This document shows, piece by piece, positions 18,056 through 28,560 of a stretch of DNA of 64,000 nt (within the stretch, counting starts at the first letter, position 1; every line of letters begins with the position of its first letter). The notes beneath the pieces are model-generated. The model was not told the origin of the DNA, did no database searches, and was given only the letters and a program-made list of their open reading frames with translations. The DNA is taken from NCBI GenBank assembly GCA_036918135.1, contig JBALDB010000056.1, forward strand, positions 1 to 64,000, in the 5' to 3' direction. A program made the position numbers and the translations under genes. This stretch comes from Nostoc sp. (lineage in GTDB: Bacteria; Cyanobacteriota; Cyanobacteriia; Cyanobacteriales; Nostocaceae).

Positions 18056-19894
18056 TTATAAATTACGAATTATTCTGTAATTCCTCCATAGCCAACGAGG
18101 TAACCAAAACGGATGATTCCAAGATTGTTTGCTAAGTTTTTCATTTAAAAAGTGCGATCGCCAAAGTTGCCACATAATCAATAACCAGAGAATCTCACCA
18201 ATCCGACGACCTTGAATAGCTGCTCCGAGTTTACCTTCAACAATTTGGGCGGCGATGTCAGAGTAAAAATGATTGTTAGCACTCAATATTTCTGGATTTA
18301 GCCAGACACCAAGTTGATGCCAAAAATCATTTAAACACCAAGAAGTTAAAGGAACTCCCATACCACGCTTTTGTCGCCAGACAATTTCAGGCGGTAGCCA
18401 ATTTTCGACAGCCCGTTTGAGGATATATTTTTCACAAGCTCCCTGTAAGCAAAGTTCTCCAGACAAACTAAATGTCCACTGTGCTAAATCTAGGTTACAA
18501 AAAGGCGATCGCACCCACAAGCCATGAGCAAACCCCAAAGCAGTAGCACGGGGATGAATATTCTGCGCTCCTTTGAGCATCAAACTGGCACGGCGAAGGC
18601 GATGTAGCAAAGATGGACACTCAGTAGTATCCAGAGCTGCCACGAGCCAATCTTCAGGATGTAAATTCTCTATCTGAGCATATATTTCTGGCTGATAAAC
18701 TTGAGATTCGTATCCCCAAAGACGATGAAAAGTGCGGAGATATTGCTGGATAAAAGTTTCCTCTCCAGCGGGATTTTCTGACTGATAGACACCTGCGGCA
18801 ATTAAAGGTTTATTCGTCCAACCAGCAAATAATTGATCTCCACCTTCCCCATTAAAAATTACCTGCGTTTCTTGACTAGCTCTTTGAGATAAGAGATACA
18901 ACGGAACACACACGCCATCTCCAAAAGGTAAATCCAACGCTTCCACCGTAGGAATTAAGGCATTTTCAATCTGGTTTGGCGTTGCTGCCACTTTTACTAA
19001 AGGAATTTTTAGAAATTGCGCGACTTGTTCGGCATAGGGATATTCTGGAATGCCTGCGTTACCGAAATCCAAGGTGTAGACACGGACTTTCACCCCTGCT
19101 TGTACTAGTAGCGCCGCTACAATTGAAGAATCAAGTCCGCCAGAGAGAAACACCCCAACAGGCTCATCCTTTAAATCGGCAATTTGTTGCTCAATGGAAT
19201 TTTTTAGCAGGATTTGCAATTCCTTAATTGCCGTAGCTTCATCTGTTAGCTGTTCTGGGGCTTGTCGCCACGAATTGATGTTTTGAGATTTAGGTGTTTG
19301 CAGGATACCGAATTCACAATTACTCTGCCAAATCAATTCAGTCCCCGCCGGAACTGCAAACACTCCCCTCACCGGAGTTAAAGGTGTTGGAACGTAGGAA
19401 AAACAGCTATAGCCGTATAAGCCAGGAACGCTAACTTCTGATTGTTGCAATGGTAAGAGTAGTTGCAGTTGGGTTGCAAACCAGATGACTTGTCCTTGTA
19501 CAGTCCAATACAAAGGCATCTTTCCGAAAGGTTCTCTGCCTAAAATTAAGCAATTATTTTCCTCTAGACTTACCCAAGCATCGAGCGAAGTGAATATTCC
19601 TGACGCCGAAACACCAGCAATTTGATTTTGTAACAGTGAATTTCTATCCAATCCGATATAAACAACATTCCAGATAGGAATAAAATGATTTTCTTGTTGA
19701 GAGAACTGACTTTTCAAGTCATCTGTAAAAACCAGATTAAACCCCTTCTTTGGTAGAGAAAAATTCAAAGCCTCTCCCCTTGTAGAGGAGAGGTTTGGAG
19801 AAAGGTTTTCCACAACACCAGTTAACAGCGCTTCCAATTGATGTTGAGCGCCATAGCCCCAATACCCAAGAAAATGACGTGGGATATTGTCCAT
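18056..19894 (-). CDS. Asparagine synthetase-like ATP-dependent amide synthetase lacking the N-terminal glutaminase Cys
   Basis: REPFGKMPLYW, LSGGLDSS PP-loop, GEGGDQLFAG, RSPF, KYILK, RQKRGM; N-terminus MDNIP, not MCGI. Confidence 0.88.
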   Translation of the reverse strand: MDNIPRHFLGYWGYGAQHQLEALLTGVVENLSPNLSSTRGEALNFSLPKKGFNLVFTDDLKSQFSQQENHFIPIWNVVYIGLDRNSLLQNQIAGVSASGIFTSLDAWVSLEENNCLILGREPFGKMPLYWTVQGQVIWFATQLQLLLPLQQSEVSVPGLYGYSCFSYVPTPLTPVRGVFAVPAGTELIWQSNCEFGILQTPKSQNINSWRQAPEQLTDEATAIKELQILLKNSIEQQIADLKDEPVGVFLSGGLDSSIVAALLVQAGVKVRVYTLDFGNAGIPEYPYAEQVAQFLKIPLVKVAATPNQIENALIPTVEALDLPFGDGVCVPLYLLSQRASQETQVIFNGEGGDQLFAGWTNKPLIAAGVYQSENPAGEETFIQQYLRTFHRLWGYESQVYQPEIYAQIENLHPEDWLVAALDTTECPSLLHRLRRASLMLKGAQNIHPRATALGFAHGLWVRSPFCNLDLAQWTFSLSGELCLQGACEKYILKRAVENWLPPEIVWRQKRGMGVPLTSWCLNDFWHQLGVWLNPEILSANNHFYSDIAAQIVEGKLGAAIQGRRIGEILWLLIMWQLWRSHFLNEKLSKQSWNHPFWLPRWLWRNYRIIRNL

Positions 19895-19900
19895 ATAGGA

Positions 19901-20524
19901 CTAATTCACTTCAAAGGTTCGATCGCTAATTTTACGCCCTTCTAAAAACATTTGTACCCGCCATTTGCCAACGGTTGCAGCTGAATTAATCGTGTAGCGA
20001 CACTGGGTATTCCAAACAGAAGTATTAATTGCGCGAGTTTGATAGCTGTTTTGCTTGACAATTTGACCGTTTGGGTCAATCCAATTACAAGACAGAGCCA
20101 GCTTTTGACCTAAGGGTGCATCCTTCAATGTGACACGGTAAAAAACTTCTGGATTGGTTTGGCGGGAAATTGTCTTTAAATCGCCGCTATTATTTTGCAT
20201 CAAAGTGATGCGGTCTTGTTGAGCAGAAACACGAGAGAGTGCAGAATTATGTTGCTGCATCACAAATATTGTAGATGCACTTACCACTGCTAAGAGTGCT
20301 ACCACGCCAGAGGTAATCCATCGATTCCGGCGTTTCTGCACTGAAAGTGCTTGACGACGATTTAACTGAATTACTGCTTGGTCTAGTAAGTCTGGAGATA
20401 AATTCATCTCCTGTAAAATTTCTTTAACCTGCTCTTGGTCTAATTCCCCTTCTCGACGCGTTTGCAGACTTTCTACTTCAGTGACTATTTGTGTTAATTC
20501 CTCTTGAGTCAGTCGCGGCGTCAT
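19901..20524 (-). CDS. Single-TM protein with helical N-terminus and beta-rich (DUF3859-like) C-terminal domain
   Basis: One TM segment; W-x-D-P-x-G and GKWRVQMFLEG...TFEV Ig-like ending. Confidence 0.7.
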   Translation of the reverse strand: MTPRLTQEELTQIVTEVESLQTRREGELDQEQVKEILQEMNLSPDLLDQAVIQLNRRQALSVQKRRNRWITSGVVALLAVVSASTIFVMQQHNSALSRVSAQQDRITLMQNNSGDLKTISRQTNPEVFYRVTLKDAPLGQKLALSCNWIDPNGQIVKQNSYQTRAINTSVWNTQCRYTINSAATVGKWRVQMFLEGRKISDRTFEVN

Positions 20525-21129
20525 AGCTTAACTCCTGTACAAAAAAGTTGATGGCGCTTGTTGATGATGTTGCAATCCGAAGAGTGTTTGGCAGAAGATA
20601 CTCTACTTAATTGCAAACCTTTACTATACATTCCGGTGGATCGCATCATAAAACTACAAGTTTAGTTCGTTGCTTTTCGGATTTTCTCCTAAAAATTTTT
20701 GTAAAAATTATCAGCAAGTAGCTAGATTTTCAATGCTTAAAATTACTTGATTAAAGCTGCCGATCGCTATTTTTATTATAATTATGTGTTTTGGTGAATG
20801 TTAAACAACAAACAAGCGATCGCTGCTCAGGACGCAAAACCACACTTAACGCGCCTATTCTCATCAAACCCTGCCCTGAATTAGCTTTCAGAAACTAATT
20901 AACTCCATTTAGGAACCCTTAATGTTAATCTTGATTGTTTATTTTTTAACTTATTGATAAATTTAGATAATTCTGTTTGTGAAATGTAATTGATAATCGT
21001 ATAACTTATTAAAACTTTAAAAATAAATTATGAATTAGTAATTATTATTCGGTCATTTTTTATTGTGAGTGTAGAGTGAGGAGTTAGGAGTTATTCTCCT
21101 TGTCCTCTTTTTTCCATGCCTAACCTCTA

Positions 21130-21453
21130 CTATTTGGCAATATCTTCAAAGTCTGTTAACGCATAAGCAAACTCCCTAAAAGCTGTCTTAATTAGAACCT
21201 CTTTACTTCCTCTCTCCAAGGTAGAATTGCGTATGAGGTCTGTTAATTCTAAAAACAGCAGAGAAAACATAAAACGATCTTGACGGTCAACTTGTTTCAA
21301 ACAAGAGAATATAAACTCATAAAGCTCTGTTTTTCTCGGTTTAGTTTGTTCATCCCATATCTGCAACCCAAGCCGAAAAGTTCTTAAACGGATTTCATTG
21401 GTGTTGTAAGACGTGTCTTTGTAGCGTACTGATACGCGCTGGGGTAAGTCCAT
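21130..21453 (-). CDS. Hypothetical protein (107 aa)
   Basis: ATG-started ORF with no competing gene; no recognised motif. Confidence 0.5.
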   Translation of the reverse strand: MDLPQRVSVRYKDTSYNTNEIRLRTFRLGLQIWDEQTKPRKTELYEFIFSCLKQVDRQDRFMFSLLFLELTDLIRNSTLERGSKEVLIKTAFREFAYALTDFEDIAK

Positions 21454-21791
21454 AAGTTTTAGCTATGCATATTTAGTGTAGAGTAATTATTCAGTTATAT
21501 TTTTACCCATCCGGAAAAATTTGATATGAGGCATGGGAAAAGGCAGTTCTTAGCAGAAGGAATAGAATATCAACGTTTTATTAACTAAGAATAAAAGTTA
21601 ATAATATTTATACAACATTTATACACACTGAATCTAGAGTGATTATCTAAAAAAGAGGCTACGTCAACATGGGTATATTCTATATCTAGCAGACTATCTG
21701 TAACTTGTGGCGATCGCATAATTTGTGAGTTAAACTGCGTTTAATTAGGGTATTTAGCATTACATTTTACTTAAGTATTACTTGAAATTTT

Positions 21792-23471
21792 ATGCCAGTA
21801 GCCATTCACGCCACGCAAAAAGCACTATTTAAGGTTTTTAGTAATGACTTCGCATTTTCCATCCCGGCTTATCAGCGTCCTTATGCCTGGACAAAAGACC
21901 AAGCAAGTGACTTATTAAATGATTTGTTGTCTTTTCTAGGGAATGATTCAGAAGCTATAGCCGATACCAATCCTTATTTTTTGGGAAGTATAGTTCTGAT
22001 TAAGAGTGAAGATGCTCCTGAAGCCGACGTAGTTGATGGACAGCAGCGTTTGACAACGCTCACAATTCTTCTAGCTGTTTTACGAAGTTTACTCAGTAAA
22101 AAGAATGCATCAAAAATGACAAAATATATTTATCAGGAAGGCGATGAAATTGAAGGAACATCTGATTGTTACCGCCTCAAGTTACGAGAACGAGATGAAG
22201 ATTTCTTTCGGGATTATATACAATCTGAAAACGGATTAGAGAATCTTCTGAAACTTGATGCTTCCCAATTAACTGATAGTCAAAGAAACATTCAAGTAAA
22301 CACAAAATATTTTCATGAAGAATTACATCGATGTTCGGAACAGGAGCGAGATCGTTTTTCTCATTATCTAATGACACGCTGTTTTTTAGTAGTTGTTTCC
22401 ACACCCGATCTAGACTCAGCTTATCGTATATTTTCTATTCTCAATGCGCGTGGTCTAGACCTCTCACTCAGTGATTTTCTTAAATCAGAGGTTATTGGAG
22501 CAATTCCTCAGTCGGAACAAGAGAAATACACAAGAATCTGGGAAACTGAAGAAGAAGATTTAGGTCGAGAGACGTTTCAAGAATTATTTGCTCATATCCG
22601 GATGATTTACCGGAAAGCAAAACTAAGTGAGACAGCCCTGAAAGAATTTCGTAAATACATACTGCCCACTAGAGAGCCACGGAAATTTATTAATGAAGTA
22701 CTAAAGCCCTATTCAGATGCTTTAGAGATTATCAAAACAGCAAATTATCACAGCGCCCAAAATGCAAATGTTAATTCTTTGCTTCGGTGGTTGAATCAAA
22801 TAGACAACGTTGATTGGATTCCACCAGCAATTCTCTATTTCTCTAAAAATAGTCACACTCCTGATAAATTAAAGCACTTTTTAACTGATTTAGAGAGACT
22901 AGCAGCAGGTTTAATGATTTTACGAGCAGATATAAATGAGCGTATCCGACGGTATACAAAACTACTTACTGCTATTGAAGAAGATGTCGATTTATATGTA
23001 TTTGACTCACCCTTACAGTTAACTCCTGACGAAATAAATCGAATCATGAAAACGCTTGACGGAGATTTATATCTAATCAAGCGAATTAGACAATACGTTC
23101 TTCTGCGACTTGACTCTGCACTTTCCGAAGGAGTAGCTACTTATGACTATCCAGTTATTACAGTTGAGCATGTCCTTCCTCAAAATCCCAGCCAAGGAAG
23201 TATATGGCTTAAATGGTTTCCCAATAATGAAGAACGTATTCAGTATGTGCATCGCATGGGTAATTTAGCGCTGCTTTCTCGAAAGAAGAATGCCGAAGCA
23301 CAAAACTACGATTTTGAGAAAAAGAAAAAGAAGTATTTTGTTAGCAATACGAATATTGTACCTTTTGTCCTGACAACCAAAGTTTTAGAACAATCTGAAT
23401 GGACTCCAGAAGTTATTAAGCAGCGGCAAGAAGATTGTTTGCAAAGCCTAAGCAAAATATGGCGACTGTAA
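21792..23471 (+). CDS. GmrSD-family (DUF262 + DUF1524/HNH) modification-dependent restriction endonuclease
   Basis: IPAYQRPYAW, DGQQRLTT, FSILNARG (DUF262); TVEHVLPQ...GNLALL...N (DUF1524). Confidence 0.9.
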   Translation: MPVAIHATQKALFKVFSNDFAFSIPAYQRPYAWTKDQASDLLNDLLSFLGNDSEAIADTNPYFLGSIVLIKSEDAPEADVVDGQQRLTTLTILLAVLRSLLSKKNASKMTKYIYQEGDEIEGTSDCYRLKLRERDEDFFRDYIQSENGLENLLKLDASQLTDSQRNIQVNTKYFHEELHRCSEQERDRFSHYLMTRCFLVVVSTPDLDSAYRIFSILNARGLDLSLSDFLKSEVIGAIPQSEQEKYTRIWETEEEDLGRETFQELFAHIRMIYRKAKLSETALKEFRKYILPTREPRKFINEVLKPYSDALEIIKTANYHSAQNANVNSLLRWLNQIDNVDWIPPAILYFSKNSHTPDKLKHFLTDLERLAAGLMILRADINERIRRYTKLLTAIEEDVDLYVFDSPLQLTPDEINRIMKTLDGDLYLIKRIRQYVLLRLDSALSEGVATYDYPVITVEHVLPQNPSQGSIWLKWFPNNEERIQYVHRMGNLALLSRKKNAEAQNYDFEKKKKKYFVSNTNIVPFVLTTKVLEQSEWTPEVIKQRQEDCLQSLSKIWRL

Positions 23472-23539
23472 ATGCGATCGCTGTTATTCAAGTCCGCTTG
23501 ATTACTTATCAAATTAAAAAACTTTGCAACACATAAATA

Positions 23540-23567
23540 GTAGGGGCGTACAGCTGTATGCCCCTAT
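23540..23567. repeat. REP-like palindrome GTAGGGGCGTACAGCTGTATGCCCCTA between convergent genes
   Basis: Near-perfect hairpin; related copy at 8599-8623. Confidence 0.7.
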
Positions 23568-23629
23568 CTATCAAATATTTCGTGAAATGGTATCAAGTAG
23601 TCTGGTGTTGATACCTGGGAATTAAAAAA

Positions 23630-25219
23630 TTAGCCTGGTTGTATTTCTGGATGACCGTTTTCAACCACAAATGAAGCACGTTTACTAATCGTGCCATCTG
23701 GGGTTGTAACCTTTGATACAACCAGATAGTCTGTCTTCCAAGTTGTGGGAGTTACAGAACAGCGAACATACCCCCGTTGACCGTTGTAGAACTTAATGTG
23801 TGGGTTGTCGGGTAAATAAGCTTCAACCGTGGGACTGCTGTCTGCGCCATCTCCACCAGAACTAATTGAGGTACAGACAAATTCACTCCCGACTGTAGTA
23901 GATTGTGGATTATTAAAGTCAGCCTTTAAATTCATTGCCCAGTTGGAATGAATATCTCCCGATAAGACGACTGGATTCGATGGTTTGCGCTGTTTTAGAA
24001 AATGCATTAGGCGATCGCGGGAAGCCAAATATCCATCCCACTTATCCATACTGTAAGTTCCACCTTCTCCTGGCTTCATGTCAATCTGAGCGACTACAAC
24101 CTGTTGAGCGATAATATTCCACTTGGTCTGCGATTTATTTAAACCATCATATAGCCAATCTTCCTGACGCTTGCCAGTAATCGTTGCTTTGGGATCGAAA
24201 TCCGCTGCACACCGTTCTTTAGTACCATCACCACAAGGCTGATCTGTACGATACTGGCGGGTATCTAAGACATGGAAGGTTGCCAAATTCCCGAAATCAA
24301 GCCGACGGAAAATTTGTGCATTTGGGCCTTTAGGCTTTGAGAAGGGTCGCAGGGGCATATGCTCGTAGTAAGCTTGATAAGCAACTGCGCGGCGCTGTAG
24401 AAAAACTTTGGGGTCTTGGTCTGGTTCGTTATCGACTTCTGAAATATCATTAGCGTAGTTGTTTTCTACTTCGTGATCGTCCCAAGTAACAATCCAGGGA
24501 AATGCTAGATGAGCCGCTTGCAGATTAGCATCGGTTTTATAGAGAGCGTGACGGTTGCGGTAATCTTCCAACGTCAAAATTTCTGGACTGTTATGCGGTC
24601 TAACTGCTGTTGCTGAAATTCCTCCTTCGTAAATGTAGTCACCAACATGCACTACCAAATCGAGGTCGTCTTTAGCCAGATATTTGTAAGCAGTATAATA
24701 CCCCTGCTGATAGTTCTGGCAAGAAACAAGAGCAAAGTTCAATTTACTCAAATAGCTATTTGCCAATGGAGCTGTACGAGTGCGACCAATTGGGCTAGCA
24801 TCCTGACCGACATTAAATCGATACCAATACCAAGTATCAGGTTGTAGTCCTTCTACCACAACTCGAACTGAGTGAGCTAGTTGTGGGGTTGCCAATACCG
24901 TACCTTTAGAGACAATACGCCTCATATTGGAATCGCTTGCCACTTCCCAGTGAATAGGTACATTCACTGGTGGCATTCCTCCCCCGTTTAAATGTTCGGG
25001 AGCCAGACGAGTCCAAATTACTACGCTCGTGGGATCGGGTTCACCCGACGCTACACTCAAAGTGAAAGGATAATTGGAAAATCGGGTTTTGCCCACCGCT
25101 GTTTGATGAGAAAATTGGTTAGCGATCGCAAAACCACTCAATGCTCCTGCGCCGATAATTAAGTTGCGTCGTTTGATTCGACTCTGCAAGAACCGCTCAA
25201 TATTATAATTATCTACCAT
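23630..25219 (-). CDS. phoD: Alkaline phosphatase D (Tat-exported)
   Basis: KRRNLI twin-arginine signal, VASGEP, HVGDYIYE, WDDHEVENN, LDTRQYR, DKWDGY, SGDIH. Confidence 0.95.
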   Translation of the reverse strand: MVDNYNIERFLQSRIKRRNLIIGAGALSGFAIANQFSHQTAVGKTRFSNYPFTLSVASGEPDPTSVVIWTRLAPEHLNGGGMPPVNVPIHWEVASDSNMRRIVSKGTVLATPQLAHSVRVVVEGLQPDTWYWYRFNVGQDASPIGRTRTAPLANSYLSKLNFALVSCQNYQQGYYTAYKYLAKDDLDLVVHVGDYIYEGGISATAVRPHNSPEILTLEDYRNRHALYKTDANLQAAHLAFPWIVTWDDHEVENNYANDISEVDNEPDQDPKVFLQRRAVAYQAYYEHMPLRPFSKPKGPNAQIFRRLDFGNLATFHVLDTRQYRTDQPCGDGTKERCAADFDPKATITGKRQEDWLYDGLNKSQTKWNIIAQQVVVAQIDMKPGEGGTYSMDKWDGYLASRDRLMHFLKQRKPSNPVVLSGDIHSNWAMNLKADFNNPQSTTVGSEFVCTSISSGGDGADSSPTVEAYLPDNPHIKFYNGQRGYVRCSVTPTTWKTDYLVVSKVTTPDGTISKRASFVVENGHPEIQPG

Positions 25220-25292
25220 TTTTTACTCCTGATTAACCGATGATTTGTCATTTATCTAATGACCAATGACCAATGATTAAGGACGGCAAATA

Positions 25293-25838
25293 TTAAGCTT
25301 TAACCTTTTTCATGGAAATTAGCTTTTTATTCATCATCAAACCAAGGCTACAAGCCAATAAACTGCCAGCTAAAGTTGTCGGTTCAGGTACTCTTGTATA
25401 AGAAACGGTACCTGAAACTACTTCGACATCTGGAGAAGTTGTAGAGAAAAGTGTAAAATCCTCACCTATAATTTCGTAGCGGATGGAACTGGAAGGATTA
25501 GTTTTATCGTCGAATGTATAGTCTAATCCTAAAGAGGTTTTTCCTGGGGAAAACAACGTTGAATATACGAGGGGAAAGTCTGGATAGTTGATATCATCTT
25601 GTTCGGTGTACACTGTAGAATCACCATCAAATTTGAAATCAAGCGACTTTACTGCTACAGGATTTTCTTCACTGAAAGTTGAATCATTAAAACTGAAAAA
25701 GCCATTTCCCTTAGCGATCGGACTATCAACGCTGAAAGTATAATTAATAATTGCAGCAGATACAGATTTTGCATCTAGAGTTGCAAAACTTATAGTCAGG
25801 CTAGCAGCAGCAAACACTAATTGTGTAACCAATTTCAT
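25293..25838 (-). CDS. PEP-CTERM exported protein
   Basis: Signal peptide ending VSA; C-terminal VPEP, hydrophobic stretch and basic tail. Confidence 0.88.
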   Translation of the reverse strand: MKLVTQLVFAAASLTISFATLDAKSVSAAIINYTFSVDSPIAKGNGFFSFNDSTFSEENPVAVKSLDFKFDGDSTVYTEQDDINYPDFPLVYSTLFSPGKTSLGLDYTFDDKTNPSSSIRYEIIGEDFTLFSTTSPDVEVVSGTVSYTRVPEPTTLAGSLLACSLGLMMNKKLISMKKVKA

Positions 25839-26050
25839 CTTTTGCTTTCCTTAATAACGACTTCTGCAAGCGATACACACTGGTAACTATTAATTAGTTT
25901 TTTACTAATTAAATTATCTTTCTTATACTTTTGAAAAAAGGAAGTTATCACTGTTAATTACAGTGATGACCAAAAATATTCAATTATTCAATTTGAACAA
26001 TAAAGAGACAAGTTTTCAAATAATTGAAACGACCATATCTTAAAATCGTA

Positions 26051-26080
26051 AGTTTAAGCAAAGTTTAATCATAGGTAAAA
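26051..26080 (-). promoter_or_regulatory. Putative Pho box (SphR/PhoB site)
   Basis: Minus strand TTTTACCT-atg-ATTAAACT-ttg-CTTAAACT (11-bp period), followed after 8 nt by TAAGAT; upstream of the PEP-CTERM gene and phoD. Confidence 0.6.
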
Positions 26081-26404
26081 ATCGCAGCAAGTTTATTTTG
26101 CTAATCAAAGACGTACTAAAAACCAAGATATTGTTATGAAAAATTTTAGATTGACTTTTTCTGATATAATTAATGTCTAAAAATTTACATAAACTACATC
26201 TTGTAGCTTCCAAGCTTTAGAGACTATTAGGGCAAACACATCTAAATATCGATCGGCCGGAATAAGAGTGGAATGCACCAAGACCTCAATTACATAAAAC
26301 TTTCGGAAAAGCCTAATGTTCAGCCAGATAGTAATAAATAGCTCAAACTAATTAAATGTGAAATGTTATTACGAGTAGAACAGAGTGGAACGTACCACTT
26401 TGTG

Positions 26405-26552
26405 GAAGCAAGCTAGGCAAAGCGTCTGGTAGACAAGCAATCACAATGACTGTGCGATTACTTCACTTTGCAATCGCTGCGTAGCCTACGGGTTCTCCGT
26501 ACCCCTGCTCTTAAGCAAGCTACGCGTAGCCTTCCGTAGGAAAGGAGTACAA
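26405..26552. repeat. Cluster of degenerate small dispersed repeats
   Basis: GCAAGCTA(G/C)GC motif twice, AAGCAATCACAATGACTGTGCGATTACTT hairpin, and CCTACGG...CCGTAGG inverted pair. Confidence 0.5.
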
Positions 26553-26912
26553 AATGGCAAGTATTTAACTAGACATAATATAATTTTTGATTTCAGTAAA
26601 TTCAGCAAGTAGAAGTATTTTTAACTGTCTGCTACTCATTTCCTAATCAAAACGATAGCCTAAGAGAATCCAGGTACTCACATACATTGCATCATGTTAC
26701 CCAAACCGAAAAAACACTGGACACCTTCAAATTGGGCAAGTTGGAAGCCCTTTGGCATTGGCGAACAGTACCCGAATAACTACTGGGAAGTCTAAGTTAT
26801 ATCTGCAATATCAATACTTGCAACGATTTTTTTGATATCTGCTACTTGTTTGCTACTTATACTCGCCCTTTTTGCCTTCATTTTCGACGATCGACGTCCG
26901 TAATCGCGCTAC

Positions 26913-27251
26913 TCAATTACTACTCATTTTCTGATCTTTAACCCAAGACTCGAACCGCCGCAACTCGTCCCAAGTGCGCGATCGCGTAGAGAGTCCTTTG
27001 CCTTTAGAATGCTGATTTGGGTGAATAGTCTCTCGGCGCATTTCGATGTAATCCGCGGTCGCGCTTAAGATTTTCTCACCTACAATGCCTTGTGACATGG
27101 CATTTTCTTGATCTAATGCCTTGGCATAAGCCATAATTTTTTCTTCTAAGGCGATGGGAACGCGAATTGTTTTCGTTGCACCATTACGCCAAGTGCTATC
27201 CGTCCAAGTCGTTGAGTTTTTGTATTTGTTCATAAAAAAATGCCGTGTCAC
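26913..27251 (-). CDS. Small putative DNA-binding protein (ribbon-helix-helix-like), plasmid/phage type
   Basis: W...TKTIRVPIALEEKIMAYAKALD strand-helix pattern. Confidence 0.6.
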   Translation of the reverse strand: MTRHFFMNKYKNSTTWTDSTWRNGATKTIRVPIALEEKIMAYAKALDQENAMSQGIVGEKILSATADYIEMRRETIHPNQHSKGKGLSTRSRTWDELRRFESWVKDQKMSSN

Positions 27252-27336
27252 ACGGCATTCTAAGCTAAATCCCTATTATCTAACAGCCAATGATCGGAAC
27301 TTGCAATGATTGTAAAAAACAGCCTATTTAATCGAA

Positions 27337-27693
27337 TTGTCATCAGCGGCTATTTGCAAAGACTGCCTTGAAAAACCAAAAATAACAAAACCGAGTCACT
27401 ACTACAAACTAGAAGGACGTACACCTGTTGCAGTTGCGACTTTTGAAGAATGGTCAACTTGGAGGGCATCAAACCACGTCCAAATTGCTCTTACTTTAAC
27501 TGAAGCTGCTGTGATTTCAACGGTGTTTTTAGGTTTAAATCAAAGGCTTAGCGCCGACAAACCACCCCTTGTTTTTGAAACGTTAGTTAGTAGCGATAAA
27601 GGCAGTCAGACATATCGTTATACGACCTGGGACAAGGCAATACAGGGTCATTGTAAGCAAGTGTCAAAGTTGCTTGCTACTCAGTCTCCATAA
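27337..27693 (+). CDS. Phage-type hypothetical protein
   Basis: ISTVFLGL...PPLVFETLV...RYTTWDKAIQGH resembles a motif set I associate with uncharacterised phage proteins. Confidence 0.6.
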   Translation: MSSAAICKDCLEKPKITKPSHYYKLEGRTPVAVATFEEWSTWRASNHVQIALTLTEAAVISTVFLGLNQRLSADKPPLVFETLVSSDKGSQTYRYTTWDKAIQGHCKQVSKLLATQSP

Positions 27694-28049
27694 ATTGCGA
27701 TCGCGCTTTATAACAATAGCTGTCTATGTTGCCGAGTCGAACGGCGTACCACGTTCCCTAGCAGACGTTTAATCGAATAACACGTATATGCGTACTCTCC
27801 GTTCATTAGGGCGAGAATGACTACCCGTCAATATCCTCCCACTGGATATAGGGCGATCGCAATGGACGGCTATCTGCCCTCATAAGGGTATTAGCTGCCG
27901 ATTTTAAACTAGCACGTTTAACACCAAAGCAAATTGTCTAGAGTGAATCTTCAATCCAAAATTTAAAATTCAAAATTCAGATAAATTTGCTTCCCCTAGT
28001 TTTCCCCGATTGTTTAGTAATCTACAAAATATCGAACAGAGGTTATTTT

Positions 28050-28532
28050 ATGATTCACCATATTTCTATTGCTGTTAAAAACCCCAAACATGTTGCCCAA
28101 GTTCTTGGAGAAATTTTAAAAGCACAAGCTGTTCCTTTTCCTCCTAACCCAGGAAGTTACATGGTTCTACCTTTCGATGAACATGGTACAGGCATTGAAC
28201 TTTATCCTCTGGGTTCTCAAATAGAACCTGGTGAAGGCGATGAGGGAGCTGTATTTGTGCATACTGCTATCAATTCGAGATTTACAGATATTCATGCGGC
28301 TATTTCTGTACCCACCAGCCAAAAAGAAATTGAACAAATCGCTGTCCGCGAAGGCTGGCGTGCAGTGCGCTGTAACCGCGATTCTTTCTTTGATGTGATT
28401 GAATTCTGGGTAGAAAACAGATTAATGATTGAATTCCTCACACCAGAGATGGCATCTCAGTATTTGAAATTTGCCACTCAGAAAGAAAATCTAAAATATT
28501 TTTTGTCAGAGCCGGCATTAGCAACAGTTTGA
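28050..28532 (+). CDS. VOC/glyoxalase-like protein
   Basis: MIHHISIAV start with AGAGG RBS; GIELYP, HAAISV, VIEFWVEN. Confidence 0.75.
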   Translation: MIHHISIAVKNPKHVAQVLGEILKAQAVPFPPNPGSYMVLPFDEHGTGIELYPLGSQIEPGEGDEGAVFVHTAINSRFTDIHAAISVPTSQKEIEQIAVREGWRAVRCNRDSFFDVIEFWVENRLMIEFLTPEMASQYLKFATQKENLKYFLSEPALATV

Positions 28533-28560
28533 TAAATATTATAAACAATCCTATTTTTTT

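Noticed and set aside
18056..19894. Lasso peptide cluster
   Set aside because: No B1/B2 (RRE, transglutaminase-like protease) genes or precursor peptide seen nearby.
27720..27800. tRNA-like T-arm (GCCGTTCGACTCGGC on the minus strand)
   Set aside because: No convincing acceptor stem, D-arm or anticodon arm could be built.
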